64,000 nt of DNA from Octopus sinensis. Taxonomy: Eukaryota. Below, one piece after another: positions 1 through 12,950 of the stretch; position 1 is the first letter of the stretch; each line of letters begins with the position of its first letter. Location: the NCBI RefSeq assembly GCF_006345805.1, contig NC_042998.1:194432001-194496000 (forward strand), read 5' to 3'. A program made the position numbers and the translations under genes. The notes under the pieces were generated by a model. It saw only the letters and a program-made list of their open reading frames with translations. It did not search any database and was not told the origin of the DNA.

Positions 1-7
1 TAGGTAA

Positions 8-401
8 TCTCTATATATATATAAAGCTGAAGTTGTCTGTGTATGGCAGGTTTGGTAGCCTTCAACTAAAACTATCTCCTCCAAGACCCTGCGGCGCAAG
101 CTGACCAAAATTTAGAGTATGATAGAAGGCTTGCTCTTCATTCCGTAGAAGAAAAAAATTCAAATCGGACCATGTTAATACCAAAAATTATTTACATCAA
201 AAACGTGCTTTTTTTTCTATGAAAATCCCTATTTCTTATGATTTTTTTTACTGCTGTGTCACCATTTTACAGTGTATTTCAACCAGAAAAATGTTCACTT
301 AAAGAGAATAACAAGCTACATAATGCAAAATTTTCACTTTTCAAAAATTCAAATTCTAAAAGGTCAAAACAAACCCGAGCAACACCGGGTGATACTGCTA
401 G
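8..401 (+). mobile_element. Non-autonomous Helitron-type element
   Basis: Starts A|TC at 7/8, has a subterminal hairpin cccgagcaacaccggg (374-389) and ends CTAG|T at 401/402. These are canonical Helitron termini and an AT target. Confidence 0.7.
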
Positions 402-1401
402 TAAATAAATAAAGAGGATATACAATGACTGGTGACAAAAGACACAAAGTATGAATTGCTAATTTAAAAAAAGATAAGGCACACAAAAACCAACACTGAA
501 ACAAATGACAATGCAAATGAATTACAACAGGTTTCATTCAACAAAATGAAGTTTGCTACAACAGCAATGCACAAATAACTAACATGTAAGGCTATAATGT
601 AACAGAAGTGGCATTTCTTTCTTTTCAATGCTGCCAACATGAAAGATCATAACTTTTAATAAAAGTTATGCAGTCAATGAAGCATGCCAACTTCTGTCCA
701 TCTACATTTACAGTGTGCCAGTACAAATAAATGAACCAAAGGTGAAGCTTTTATGCTAGTACACTATCTGTTAAAAATATCACATCTTGCTACCATAGAG
801 AAGGAAGGACATATTGAACAATGGAGCCCACTGCTTGAAAAAAAAAAGCAAGAAAGAAAATGGGTACAACTAGAACACCATCAATCAAATGTCTCCTGAA
901 TCGGAGTTGACCTGAGGCTAAACAACAACAAATCTTATGAGCCAATGAGGAAACCTCTTTGTGGCTGCTAAACCTGTTAAAAATAGACAAAACTCCTTCG
1001 AAGCACACAGTGCGACCTTAAAAAAGTAAGAGCACACTAGATAATATAGTCTTGAGTATACAAAATGAGATGGTTCTAGTTGGATTGCCTCAGATCATAA
1101 GTTAGTTCAATCAGATTGGTCTGAAGACTAAATAATACCAAAACTTTTTCAATTCAATAAATGCATGAGTGGCTTGTTCTTCAAGCACATTTCTAGTAGC
1201 TACTTCAGTTCAAATATGGCAACGATACACAATTGCAACGAAACTACAAATGTAGGTTTCCTAAAAAAAAAATAAAATGTCATTACCAGTGAAGTTAACT
1301 AACAATATATATTTTTGAACAAGTGCCCAGTTAGTATATTTTCTGGTAACAAAATAACTGCACAAGAAAACAAACAAGCAAAATTTCATTTTAACTTTAC
1401 T

Positions 1402-1735
1402 AAGATTGTGGTCGTGCCAGCCTTGCCTGGCCTCCGTGCTGGTGGCACGTAAAAGTCACCATCCGAGCGTGGCCATTCGCCAGCCTCATCTGGCACAAAA
1501 AAAAAAACACCATCCGAGCGTGGCCGTTCGCCAGCCTCGTCTGGCACCTGTGTCGGTGGTACATAAAAAGCACCCACTACACTCATGGAGTGGTTGGCGT
1601 TAGGAACGGCATCCAGCTGTAGAAACACTGCCAGATCTGACTGGCCTGGTGCAGCCTTCGGGCTTCCCAGACCCCAGTTGAACCGTCCAACCCATGCTAG
1701 CATGGAAAGCGGACGTTAAACGATGATGATGATAA
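1402..1735 (+). mobile_element. Family A element
   Basis: Same modules, body and (GAT)n tail; possible 6-bp TSD taagat. Confidence 0.85.
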
Positions 1736-1980
1736 GATCTAATAGTTTCTTGATTCTGCTCGATATTATCATTGTAGCTGATAAGCTTAGTCAGGAAAAC
1801 TAAAAACTGAATAGTAAAAGAATTTCTAATTCCTATCTGTTCTGATACTATTAATATATAGCTATATTCCCAAATGACCTGACACTTCAACGGTTTTAAT
1901 CCCGTTACTTACTAACACACCTGAGGTGAAACACAAAGAGGAAAACTGGAGAATATAAAGTTGACAACAGATATACTCAC

Positions 1981-2066
1981 AGTCGTTAGACTTCCATCCA
2001 TTGCAACAATTTTAGATGTAAACACTTCTTCTACCTGATTTGGCAAAATGCAGTTGACTGTTTTTA
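1981..2066 (-). CDS. Coding exon of unidentified minus-strand gene (VKTVNCILPNQVEEVFTSKIVAMDGSLTT)
   Basis: Acceptor tatttttcag|, donor |gtgagt, 86 nt, open in phase 1 to 0, matching the phase-1 end of the exon upstream. Confidence 0.75.
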
Positions 2067-2370
2067 CTGAAAAATACATATTTATTTTCAAGTTAAAATA
2101 TTTGGAACAAAATGGAAACTATATATTAAAAACATAATTGCAGTAATTTTTAAGGATAATTTTAAAGATATCTTTTAAAAACTAGAATAAACCAAAAGAA
2201 TTTTCATATATAATATGCACAATAACTACTGTGAATTGAAAATTTTGAGTAACATCAGATTCAGCTGCTAAGTAAACAAATGCATCTTTCCAAAGGAAAA
2301 ACTATTAATATTTATTACCAGAAGCTTAAGACTGATGATCAGAATAATTAGAAAAGCTTAGAAAATTTAC

Positions 2371-2486
2371 CATTAGAACAATTTTGCACAGTTGATTTTT
2401 CTTCCACCTGTGAAATTTGAGATATGGAATTTGGAGTTTCAGGTTTAGGGTTGTCTGTAACCAGCTTATTGTTCAATGCTTTCCTG
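2371..2486 (-). CDS. Coding exon (SRKALNNKLVTDNPKPETPNSISQISQVEEKSTVQNCSN)
   Basis: Acceptor tgtatctttttag|cag (NAGNAG), donor |gtaaat, 116 nt, phase 2 to 1. Lies within track ORF 2348..2545. Confidence 0.75.
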
Positions 2487-3041
2487 CTAAAAAGATACAA
2501 AAATAAACTAGTAGCTTTGTAGAGAAGAAATAGCTCAATGTACATTAGAAAAGAGTGTCTGGAACATTTATGTTAATGCTAATGAAGGATTAAGACTAAA
2601 TTGTTATGGTTACACATTGCCATGTCTCTTATATAAATTTTTAGAGTAAACTTTTATAATTATCTGCCTTTCAGGGACTAAACAACCTTATTATATAACT
2701 GTCCTTTAATTTAATAATCTTTTTAGGACTGTTGGGGAGGACACTGACCAATCTTTAAAAATAAATCATGGATTCTGTGTTTGCAATATTAGAACATGTT
2801 ACTGAAACAACCAAACTAATTAGGTACCAAAAACTACACTTCTCTTTAGGAACCTGAAATTCATAAATTTATCACCTCAAATAAATTTTAAATTTAATAT
2901 TTAAATAAGGGAATAAAGAAATACCAGAAAACTCAGCTCTGCAATCTATGATATTATGAGAATATCTTATATACAATACACTAACACATGGAAATCCAAC
3001 TGAAAATCAACTCTAAAAGATGTGAGAGACGACATTCTCAC

Positions 3042-3128
3042 CTTCTTGTAACATTAATATGAGACTGAGGCCATTTCCTATTGAAAGAGAATGTGGTTTG
3101 CTGCAAATTGGCTTCACATGTTTGCTCT
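3042..3128 (-). CDS. Coding exon (REQTCEANLQQTTFSFNRKWPQSHINVTR)
   Basis: Acceptor atttcttgcag|, donor aag|gtgaga, 87 nt, symmetric phase 2 to 2. Confidence 0.7.
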
Positions 3129-4117
3129 CTGCAAGAAATTGAATAATTTTCAAAAATGAAAATATTCTCTACATAAAACAATCCAAAATCTGAAACACCT
3201 GGAAAATCCAACTCAAGAAAATGTTCTATAAAATCAGAAATTTTCATAAAAACAAGGAAATCCAAACAAATAAAAAAGAAAACATCCTATTTCTCAGGTT
3301 CATGTTCTAAGAAGCATTTTGATATCAGAATAGATGTATGCATGGCTGTGTGGTGGAAATATTTGCTTCCCAACTATACAGCAATTTGAGAGTCTTCTAC
3401 TAGAGCTCCAGGCTGACCAAAGCCTTGTGATGGGATTTGGAAGATGGAAACTGAAAGGAGATTGTCGTGTGTATGCATTTTACATTTGTGCTCACTTCTA
3501 CAAAAGTTGCGACATACAAGCAGTGTTGTCAATTCTGTCAAATTATCCACTAACTTCACACTTTCAATACCATGCAGTGCAAGAGACTAACAGGCAAGGG
3601 TTAGCAACAGGAAAGACATCCAGCAGTAAAACAATATCTCAATAATATATTCATCTAACCCTTGCAAACATGGACATAAAACAAATGAATATTCATCATT
3701 CTTTGCTATAGTCAAACCAACAGTATGTGTAACCATTGTACAACACCAATTTGACACACTGTTTAGTACTGTGTGTGATTAAATATCAAAATATCATCAG
3801 TTGCCTATGGTGTTATGGTAAGGTGGGGTGGGACGATAGTTCAACCTCTGCCATAGGATTGCAACAGTTCCTCAATAAAATTGAAATCAACAACAGTGGT
3901 TGTTTCAGGAAGCTCATTCTGTGGTAAAATATCATCAGGTTCAATAATTCATGCAACCTATTTAAATCAGCAGAACCTTTCAATGCAGGCTTGCTAGAGG
4001 AGAAAGAAATGCAGAAACCTGAATGAAAATGAAAATATGACAACCAATGGCTTCTACCAGTAGTTCAAAGAGATATCATGTTGGCAGAAAAAAATTTAAA
4101 CAAGCAGCTAGCTTTCT

Positions 4118-4576
4118 CAAAAAGATTCAGAATTGAAGCAAACACTACAAAACCAGCAAATATGCTGACATATTTTTGGAGCAAACTCTTTTTATATTGA
4201 TTCACAAATTATGATACATATGCAGATTAAGAAATTTAAGATACATAAATCAAACAAATTTAGTTTCATCCAAAAAGATTCAGAATTGAAGCAAACACTA
4301 CAAAACCAGCAAATATGCTGACATATTTTTGGAGCAAACTCTTTTTATATTGATTCACAAATTATGATACATATGTGGATTAAGAAATTTAAGACACATA
4401 AATCAAACAAATTTAGTTTCATCCAAAAAGATTCAGAATTGAAGCAAACACTACAAAACCAGCAAATATGCTGACATATTTTTGGAGCAAACTCTTTTTA
4501 TATTGATTCACAAATTATGATATATATGCAGATTAAGAAATTTAAGATACATAAATCAAACAAATTTAGTTTCATC
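4118..4576. repeat. Tandem repeat, 3 x 153 bp
   Basis: caaaaagattcagaattgaagc recurs at 4118, 4271 and 4424; copies are nearly identical. Confidence 0.95.
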
Positions 4577-5777
4577 ATTTTAGTTCAATGATAGCTGCAT
4601 TGCTTAACTAGAATAGTGTTATATCTATTTCAAAGTTAGTGCTCAGTAACATTGTAATTTAAGTGCAAAACAGTTATTTTGACTACTTTCAATAAACAAT
4701 ATAAAAGGAAACACATTGGTTTCTACTTGTAACTTATTTGTATGGTACTCTTGTAGTAAGCCACACTGAAAAAAATGCAGCTTCTGGAATTCCTCCCAGT
4801 TCACATTTTGCTTATAAACCAACAAAAGTTCACATCAATATCATCAATCTGGTAGAGTGTAGTAAAATCATAGATATCATGCTCCTTGTGTAATGAAAAA
4901 AGCAGGTAAAAAAAAGCAGACACTCTGGATATATTTCTTATTGGCTATTCAAGAGCAAACATAAAAATATTCTTGAGGTGGAATATGAGAAAGTTGGGTG
5001 TATTTTGCTTCCTCAACAACATTTATAAGATAATCTGTTGAGTGGATTAACTGTTAGGAGAGCTATACGAGGCTTAACAATACTATTAAAGTTTCTTCAT
5101 AGGAAACAACTAGAACATTTTGGAATTTTATGAGAGGAAACAAAGTTATTACAGTTATGTCCTTCCAAATAAATAACACAGATAAAGGAAAATGGCTTTA
5201 GCTGTAAATCAAACAAATCAACAGTCTGATAATAACTATTTCTAATTTTGACACAAGGCCTGTCATTTTTGAGGTGGCAATTAGTCAATGCCATTAAACT
5301 TAGTACTTGACTGGTACTTTATTTTAACCTCAAAAGATGAAAGGTAAAGTTGACCTTACTGGGATTTGAACCCAGAATGTAAAGAGTTGGAAAAAAATAC
5401 TTTAAGATATTTTACCCAACACTAACAATTCTGCCAATCAACTATGCTAAACAGTCTATTAATAAAAACTTATAGCAGGATTAATATATTCAGAGATTAG
5501 CAGCAGAACTAGTTTTCCAGGAATAGTTCTTCCTATGGCTCCCAATGACATTTAGGACCACAACCATGCATCTATCAGTTAATTAAAATGTTTATTTTCC
5601 CAATTTGAAATCCACTGTTCAACGTTAACAAAAACTGGGTGGTTTTCATAAACTGGATGCCTATGTATTGTTTATGAACTAAGTAGAATGTGGCAAGATG
5701 TGGCTATCAACAGCAAGCCAATGTTTTTAAATAGAATGCATCTTTTAGAAATGTCACAAGACAATTAACATATACAT

Positions 5778-6185
5778 CTCTCTTTCTCTCTCTCTTTTAC
5801 TTGTTTCAGTCATTTGACTGCGGCCATGCTGGAGCACCGCCTTTAATCGAGCAACTCGACCCCGGGACTTATTCTTTGTAAGCCCAGTACTTATTCTATC
5901 GGTCTCTTTTGCCGAACCGCTAAGTGACGGGAACATAAACACGCCAGCATCGGTTGTCAAGCAATGCTAGGGGGACAAACACAAACATACACACACACAC
6001 ACATATATATATATACATATATACGACGGGCTTCTTTCAGTTTCCATCTACCAAATCCACTCACAAGGCTTTGGTCGGCCCGAGGCTATAGTAGAAGACA
6101 CTTGCCCAAGGTGCCACGCAGTGGGACTGAACCCGGTACCATGTGGTTGGTAAACAAGCTACTTACCACACAGCCACTCCTGCAC
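5778..6185 (-). mobile_element. tRNA-headed SINE, family B (ggctgtgtggtaag...gggttcagtcccactgcgtggc)
   Basis: tRNA-like head with a B-box-like ggttcagtccc, internal CA/TA microsatellite and simple-repeat tail. Near-identical to 22645-23045 and 53625-54015. Confidence 0.85.
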
Positions 6186-6789
6186 CTATAATATATTTTA
6201 TATATACATCCATAATATATTTTATATAAACAACACTCATACTAAGAATATTGTAATATTTGAGATATACAATCATTATATACTCTATATAACAACATTC
6301 ATACCACCAATATTATACGCTTTCATTTTTGAAGTATGTATCAGGTAGGAAACACTGAAGACACTACCTAGAAATCAAATGTTTCCTACATTCTCCTATT
6401 GGTATAGAAAGACAAATGAAGAAAGAAACTGTAAAAGTGATGGTAATTTGCAGTTTTTTTATGATACAGCAACAAGCAGTTAATCCATGGAAACTAATGC
6501 TTTACAGTAACAAAGAACTTTTCAATGGCTGCACTACAATGAGGAGGTAATACATTATGAAACTAAATTTTTATAACTTAGCACATAGTAACCAATAACA
6601 CCAAAGTGTATGTTACATTTGTCTAAATGGCTTTAACATTTAAAAATACTATTTTTATACTTTTGACTTCCTTAAAAAATTTTTTTTGAGTGCAAAAGAT
6701 CCTAAAAAACAGCTGAAGAGGGGAGGATATGAACTCCTAATACTATGAAATATCATTACATCATAAACTTGGAGAAGAATGTTGCTTAC

Positions 6790-6988
6790 CTTGTTGGTGT
6801 CTTACACTGAGGAGATTTCTCTGGTTGTAAAGATTTTGGAGTGGTACTAAACTGTTCAACAGAATTATTTCTTAATACACTACTACGAGATGTTTGGGTG
6901 CTGCCACCTCCACCACCAGTCATGTGCTGAACTTCACCAACTCCAATGTTTGTTAAAGCCATCAAGTTCTCTGCTTGGCCAACAGAGT
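6790..6988 (-). CDS. Coding exon (DSVGQAENLMALTNIGVGEVQHMTGGGGGSTQTS...KSPQCKTPT)
   Basis: Acceptor cattgtcttatacag|, donor aag|gtaagc, 199 nt, phase 1 to 2. Lies within track ORF 6786..7016. Confidence 0.8.
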
Positions 6989-7218
6989 CTGTATAAGACA
7001 ATGAAAAAGTTTTCAAGCCTTATTGAAAAATGGTTGATTATAACAGAAACAAAAGAAAAAAACATATTTTAATTAAGGAAACCTAATCAGGTCTAGACAA
7101 ACAATATAATCAGATGACACATGGTTTTCAATAAACTTATGAAGTCTAACAAGATAATAAGAACTCAGAACAATTTATTCAACAATCAAGCTGACAGCAA
7201 TGACCTATGGCCAACAAT

Positions 7219-7437
7219 TTAACCCTTTCGTTACTGTATTTATTTTGAGATGCTCTGTGTTTCTTTCAATTAATTTTAAATACAACAAAGAATTTAGTAA
7301 AATAACTTAGTTATCATTCAGCTAGTTTTAGGAACATAAATTGTAACTTAGGTTTGGTGGAAGATTTTAATTTAAAACTTATGAAAACAAGACATTTATA
7401 CTCAGAGCCAGAGCCGGTTTGGTAATGAAAGGGTTAA
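7219..7437. mobile_element. piggyBac-type MITE
   Basis: TTAA|ccctttcgttac ... gtaatgaaaggg|TTAA termini; second copy at 21603-21826. Confidence 0.85.
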
Positions 7438-8029
7438 ACTTCAGATATGTGAATACATTCTAGATTGTGGCTGGAATTTTTTTATAAATTATCAGTGAGG
7501 TAGATCAAAAAACACAAAAAAAAGGGGTGAGCAAAATAACTGAATCAGAAGTTCTGCTTTGTCATTACAAAACACAAAAGTGAACTAAGGATAGGTTTTT
7601 TTCTTCTATATTTCTAAAAAACTAAAAGCTTCCCTTTAAATGTAAGATGGAAGAATGCTGTCAACATACACTAATATATTGAAATATTTTCATTCTAAAT
7701 CATTATATAAATTATATCAGTTTGTTAGATTTGTTGTTAACCTTAACTGTTTAAACCCTCACATCATGTGTACAGCTGAATTGCTACTCAAATCCTGGTA
7801 TAATATCATAACTAACATTTGAACGAGTATCATTTTCACCTTGTAAGCTCATTTTGTCATATTTTTCTAACTGAAAATCTCCAATATTTTAATAATTAGA
7901 AACATTCACATCACAACTATCCATCACCGCAATCCACATTTATTCAACTAGCAACTATTGTTTCCAAATCAGCACAACAGTAACAAGAAAATATCTTGAA
8001 ACTCAATTGAGAATTCTACACAGAGGGTG

Positions 8030-8341
8030 GTGCTGGCACGTAAAAAGCACCATCCGTTCGTGTCCGTTGCCAGCCTCGCCTGGCCCCCGTGCCGGTGGCA
8101 CATAAAAAGCACCATCCGTTCGTGGCCGTTTGCCAGCTCTGTCTGGCACCTGTGCGGGTGGCACGTAAAAAGCACCCACTACACTCACGGAGTGGTTGGC
8201 GTTAAGAAGGGCATCCAGCCGTAGAAACACTGCCAGATCTGACTAGGCCTGATGAAGCCTTCCGGCTTCACAGACCCCAGTTGAAACATCCAACCCATGC
8301 TACCATGGAAAACGGACGTTAAACGATGATGATGATGATGA
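8030..8341 (+). mobile_element. RTE-tailed modular short element, family A
   Basis: Internal ggcacgtaaaaagcacc modules, conserved body (aggaagggcatccag...ccaacccatgct) and (GAT)n tail. Confidence 0.85.
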
Positions 8342-8664
8342 GGGCTATGTTCCTTTTAGCAAATTGAACAACAGCTGCATTTGCAGGCAAGTATCATTTA
8401 CAAAGTTATAAATGGTATAAAATACCAGAGAAAATTCATCTGCCAAACACTCACAACACTCTAACAACAGCAATTAATTCATATAATATAGAAACATATT
8501 ATTGCTTAGAAGCAAAATGTAGTAGACATCTGCTCATGTTTATGTATTTTCAAAAAGGTACTATCATACCAATCATCAGGGTTCAAAAAAGTTAAATTTA
8601 GAATTTCAATGACCATGATACCTAAAGCATATACTCATTTACGCAACTGCAGAAATTAACCTAC

Positions 8665-9116
8665 CTGGATCCTTTATCTGATTGCCTTTCACATATGGTG
8701 GAAACTTCATGTCCTCGTGCTTCAAGAAATAAGTATCCTGATTCAAAGGCCCACCACCATCAACTCGACAAGTGGTAGTAGCTAAATCACTTGCTAAACT
8801 CCCAAATGCCTTTGACATATTATTTGCTTGCCATAAAGACACACATTTGTTCTTGAATAGAGGCTGTCTGTTGCTAGGTGAATTTGCTGAGAAGCCTACT
8901 TGCGAATGAATTGAATGGAAAGGACTATTTAATCGAGGGCTCTTAGCAGGAGATGGAGCAGGACATAAATCCGTCACTTTCACTGCAGGACAATTAGATG
9001 ATGCTGTTTCAACATCTTCACAGTATGCCACATTTTTCACTATTTCAACTTGCTGCTGTTGCTGCTGTTGATGCTGAAGGCTGTTGGTCTCTAGTGCATC
9101 CAGAACAACAATTTCC
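8665..9116 (-). CDS. Large coding exon (EIVVLDALETNSLQHQQQQQQQVEIVKNVAYC...GNQIKDP)
   Basis: Acceptor ttccaaattcag|, donor cag|gtaggt, 452 nt open, phase 2 to 1. Contains polyQ and S/T-P motifs and includes track ORF 8639..9040. Confidence 0.85.
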
Positions 9117-9385
9117 CTGAATTTGGAAGAACAATTTTTAAAATGTTAATTCAAAATCAGCATATAATATATTTTGCTTCCATGATTAAATTCTGTTTAA
9201 CAGATACAATAAATGGAGATGTCATAATTTCAGTTCATTTTGACATATTACCACATATATAAACATAACTGCATTTCCTTTCTGAAATAAATTTCACAAA
9301 AAAGCTTATTTGATTACTTTCACATAAAACTCTAATCAAAAATTATATAAACTAGATAAGAAAATTATAAAGATGTAACTCCACA

Positions 9386-9758
9386 ACTACACATATTATT
9401 GGATGGAACCTACACTCGCCTCCTTATGAGAGCTCAAAATCTCTCGTGGAAGCGCCATCCAACCAAAATGCAAATATATGGGAAACTACCACCTGTGTCA
9501 TCTCTTGTGAAAGGTAGGAGAGTCCAGTTTGCTGGACATTGTTGTAGAGCTGTAAAAGAGGTAATTTCTACTCTCCTCCTCTGGAAGCCATCTACTCGCA
9601 ATGCCAGAGGGCGCACACTCTCCTACCCTGATGTAATCTCCAGGGATACAGGCATCCAGCAACAGAACGTCCGTAATGCCATGATGGACCGTGAAGTCTG
9701 GCATAGCATGGTAAATTCCATTGTCTCGACCACAGTCGAACAATGATGATGATGATGA
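9386..9758 (+). mobile_element. 3' fragment of an RTE/RTEX-type LINE
   Basis: ORF 9399..9746 (RRVQFAGHC...RDTG...AMMDREVW) resembles an RTE ORF2 C-terminus and is followed by a (GAT)n tail; partial copy at about 57140-57265 (-). Confidence 0.8.
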
Positions 9759-10694
9759 CACATATTAATGCTTACAACAAACTGATAGTAAAATGGTGTA
9801 TCACAGTTCAAAGTATGCTGCTGCAGTACCACATCAACCGAATGCACACTACAGCATGAAAAGCTATTTATATTTGGTTGCTCTTTCTTTTTCTGTTTTT
9901 TTTGCACATGTAGCAAGTCAGTTATAAAAAAAAAACAACTTGTATTTGTTACTAGTATCAATAATATGAACTGCACCCAAAGATTTGACATACAGCCTAG
10001 TCTAAGTAGAGAAATGAAAAATGTGAGATGTGTAACTCAAAACAAGCAGTTCTGCAAAACAAATGAAAAGTGTGAGTCATGAATGAGGCCAAAGCAAGAG
10101 CACATTGTTAAGATAAGGATCATAGGTAAAAGCCACTGAGATGTGCTGCTAAAGAGGGGTTATGCTGAAGTGAGGGGCTCTAAAAATAACAAGATTGTAC
10201 TCTTTCTTTTCTAAAAGCTTATGCTTGAAACAGTCCATCATTTTGATTAGATCATTTTTTATATAACTTTGACTTCTGCCAATAGTATTAATAAAGAATA
10301 TTCAGTCCAGAATATGAATGGTTTAAATCTGTCATGAGACCGCTATCAGTAAACAATTTTCATTCAATAGAAAGCTAGTTTTAATGACACTGCTTCATCA
10401 AAAAGAATGCAACAGTATAACAGTAAATGTTTTCAAAAGGAATACAGGTGATTCTAAAGCCAATGGTTCTCAAATGAATAAACTGCAAATTAAATTTGTG
10501 GGTTCAAAAGGCCATAAATTGTGGACACAGGTGATGCAGTCAATACTAAATCTGTTTGAGAGGAAGAATAAAGAAAACAGGAGTGCATCAGGCAGATAAG
10601 TAGCAGTACATAATGGTGGGGGGGGGGAAGTTTAGTGTAGGGAGATGATGGATATAGTCACAATCAAAAGGACAATGATGGTAGATATGTTTAC

Positions 10695-10910
10695 GGCAGC
10701 GAGCTGGCAGAAACGTTAGCTCGCCGGGCGAAATGCTTAGCGGTATTTTGTCTGTCACTATGTTCTTAGTTCAAATTCCACTGCGGTCGACTTTGCCTTT
10801 GATCCTTTCGGGGTCAATTAAATAAGTACCAGTTACGCACTGGGGTCGATATAATCGACTTAATCCGTTTGTCCCTTCTGTGTGTAGCCCCTTGTGGGCA
10901 GTAAAGAAAT
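10695..10910 (+). mobile_element. tRNA-headed SINE, family C (gcgagctggcagaaacgttag...gagttcaaattcc)
   Basis: A/B-box-like head; near-identical to 61968-62197 and 55320-55545 (-). Confidence 0.85.
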
Positions 10911-11083
10911 AAGATATGTTCAGGGGAAAGGGGTATTCAGTGGAAAATAAAGTGGTAAGAAATATTGAAAACATGGGATGGGTGACAAAGGAAGTGATTC
11001 CAAGGAGAGGGATAACTGGTAGCGCCGAAGGGAAATGAAATATATGTAGTTCTGATTTCATATAATTTCAGCGAGTGAGTAAT

Positions 11084-11563
11084 CATCATCATCATTTAGC
11101 GTCCGTTTTCCATGCTAGCATGGGTTGGACGGTTTAACTGGGGTCTGTGAAGCCGGAAGGCTTCATCAGGCCCAGTCAGATTTGGCAGTGTTTCTACGGC
11201 TGGATGCCCTTCCTAACGCCAACCACTCCCTGAGTGTAGTGGGTGCTTTTTACGTGCCACCTGCACAGGTGCCAGACAGAGCTGGCAAACGGCCACGAAC
11301 GGATGGTGTTTTTACGTGCTACCGGCACGGGGGCCAGGCGAGGCTGGCAACGGACACGAGCGGATGGTGCTTTTACGTGCTACCGGCACGGGGGCCAGGC
11401 GAGGCTGGCAACGGACACGAGCGGATGGTGTTTTTACGTGCTACCGGCACGGGGGCCAGGCGAGGCTGGCAACGGACACGAGCGGATGGTGTTTTTACGT
11501 GCTACCGGCACGGGGGCCAGGCGAGGCTGGCAACGGACGCGAGCAGATGGTGCTTTTACGTGC
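11084..11563 (-). mobile_element. Family A element with internal 61-bp tandem array
   Basis: TACGTG motif at 11251, 11313, 11374, 11435, 11496 and 11557. Confidence 0.9.
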
Positions 11564-12124
11564 CAATAGTTAAAAGAGTGACAGTGGGGGGTGGGGTATA
11601 GGTGTTAGGAAAATGAGTTGTGAAGAAGGTTTGACAGGGACTGATTAGGTGCAGAGACATAGATATAAATGATATGCTTTTAGTTAATTTCTTGATGAGA
11701 TGGATGGGTCTTCTTAAGCACAGCAAATACCCAATCATCTCAGTCCTTTGTCATCTCCTTCATGAGACTTAATATTCTCAAGTCAGTGTTCATTACTTCA
11801 TCTTATGTCTTCCTGGGTCTCACTCTTCCACAGGTTCCTTCTACATTAAACAATCAGCACTTCTTCATGCAACTCTCTTCATCCATATGCATCTCATGAC
11901 CACACCAGTGCAGTCTTTTCTTTTGCACACATCTGATGCCTCTTATGCCCAATTTCTCTCTGAAACATATTTGCACTTTGTCTTATATGCACATTGCACA
12001 GCCCAGAATTTCATAAAAATACCTACAAGAGATTTCAAGAATATAGAACTGGAGACTACCAGTACTATACTCATTCAGTGTTCTCCAACCTAAGGCAAAG
12101 CTGAAAGGTTGGTGAGATTTGTTC

Positions 12125-12480
12125 AACCATCATCACATCATCAGCGTTTAACGTCCGTTTTCCGTGCTAGCATGGGTTGGATGGTTCGACCGGGGGTCTG
12201 GGAAGCCAGGAGGCTGCACCAGGCTCCAGTCTGATCTGGCAGTGTTTCTACAGCTGGATGCCCTTCCTAACACCAACCACTCTGTGAGTGTAGTGGGTGC
12301 TTTTTACGTGCCACTGGCACAGGTGCCAGGGGAGGCTGGCAGCGGCCATGATCGGTTGGTGCTTTTTACGTGCGACCAGCACAGAAGCCAGTCAAGGTGG
12401 CGCTGGCATCGACCACGTTCAGATGGTGTTTTTTACATGCCACCACCACAGGTACCACAACTACAATTTCCATTTGATCC
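12125..12480 (-). mobile_element. Family A element
   Basis: Conserved body plus three internal modules. Confidence 0.85.
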
Positions 12481-12950
12481 ATACATGAGGATTTTAAAAT
12501 TATGTTAAATATTTGTTCAAAACGAACCGATTAGGTAGTAAGTCACTCATGGACATCAACACTTTGCATTTCTTTTCCCATACTGGTATACATTGGATGG
12601 GTCTGCTTCAGCAGAGTCATGCCACATAAAAGTCCTTTGTCATTGCTATCCTGAGGCCAGCATTCACAATTTATGTCTTCCTTGGTCATCTTTTGCAGGC
12701 TAATTCTCCTCAGTTTGGCACTTATTTATCCAACTATTATCTTCATATATACCGTCACCAGTGCAATCTCTTCTCTTGCATACAACAGTAATTCCTCTTA
12801 TCCTCAGTTTTTCTTTCAGTTCAAATCAGCTTCATTTTTCTCAGTCATTGCACATCCTCTGCATTTAATGCCCTTATTTTGCTAGTACACAAATACACAA
12901 TCTGCTTTCAACTGAGAAGGGATTCTTTGTTGCCAGCAAAGAACTACACA

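Noticed and set aside
1150-1262. Possible terminal exon ETYICSFVAIVYRCHI* after a strong acceptor
   Set aside because: It is phase-compatible, but no downstream poly(A) signal is seen and a rival candidate exists at about 840. The gene may continue outside the window.
1386-1703. Recurrent ORFs MLAWVGRF...[12 protein letters not shown] (also 12164, 19857, 20905, 36992, 46300, 63250)
   Set aside because: These are chance reading frames of family A repeats; the frames differ and break between copies.
4640-5100. Protein-like snippets on minus (DYLINVVEEAKYTQ, KEHDIYDFTTLYQIDD, NVNWEEFQKLHFFQ)
   Set aside because: They are short, in different frames, lack good donors and have no recognisable homology.
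5754-6191. tRNA gene calls for SINE heads (families B-E)
   Set aside because: They have A/B-box-like motifs but no full cloverleaf, and they continue into repeat bodies.
8248-8270. CTGATGA followed by hairpin agcc-ttcc-ggct; similar cores at 13516 and 15136
   Set aside because: There is no GAAA after stem II and no stem I/III, so these are not hammerheads.
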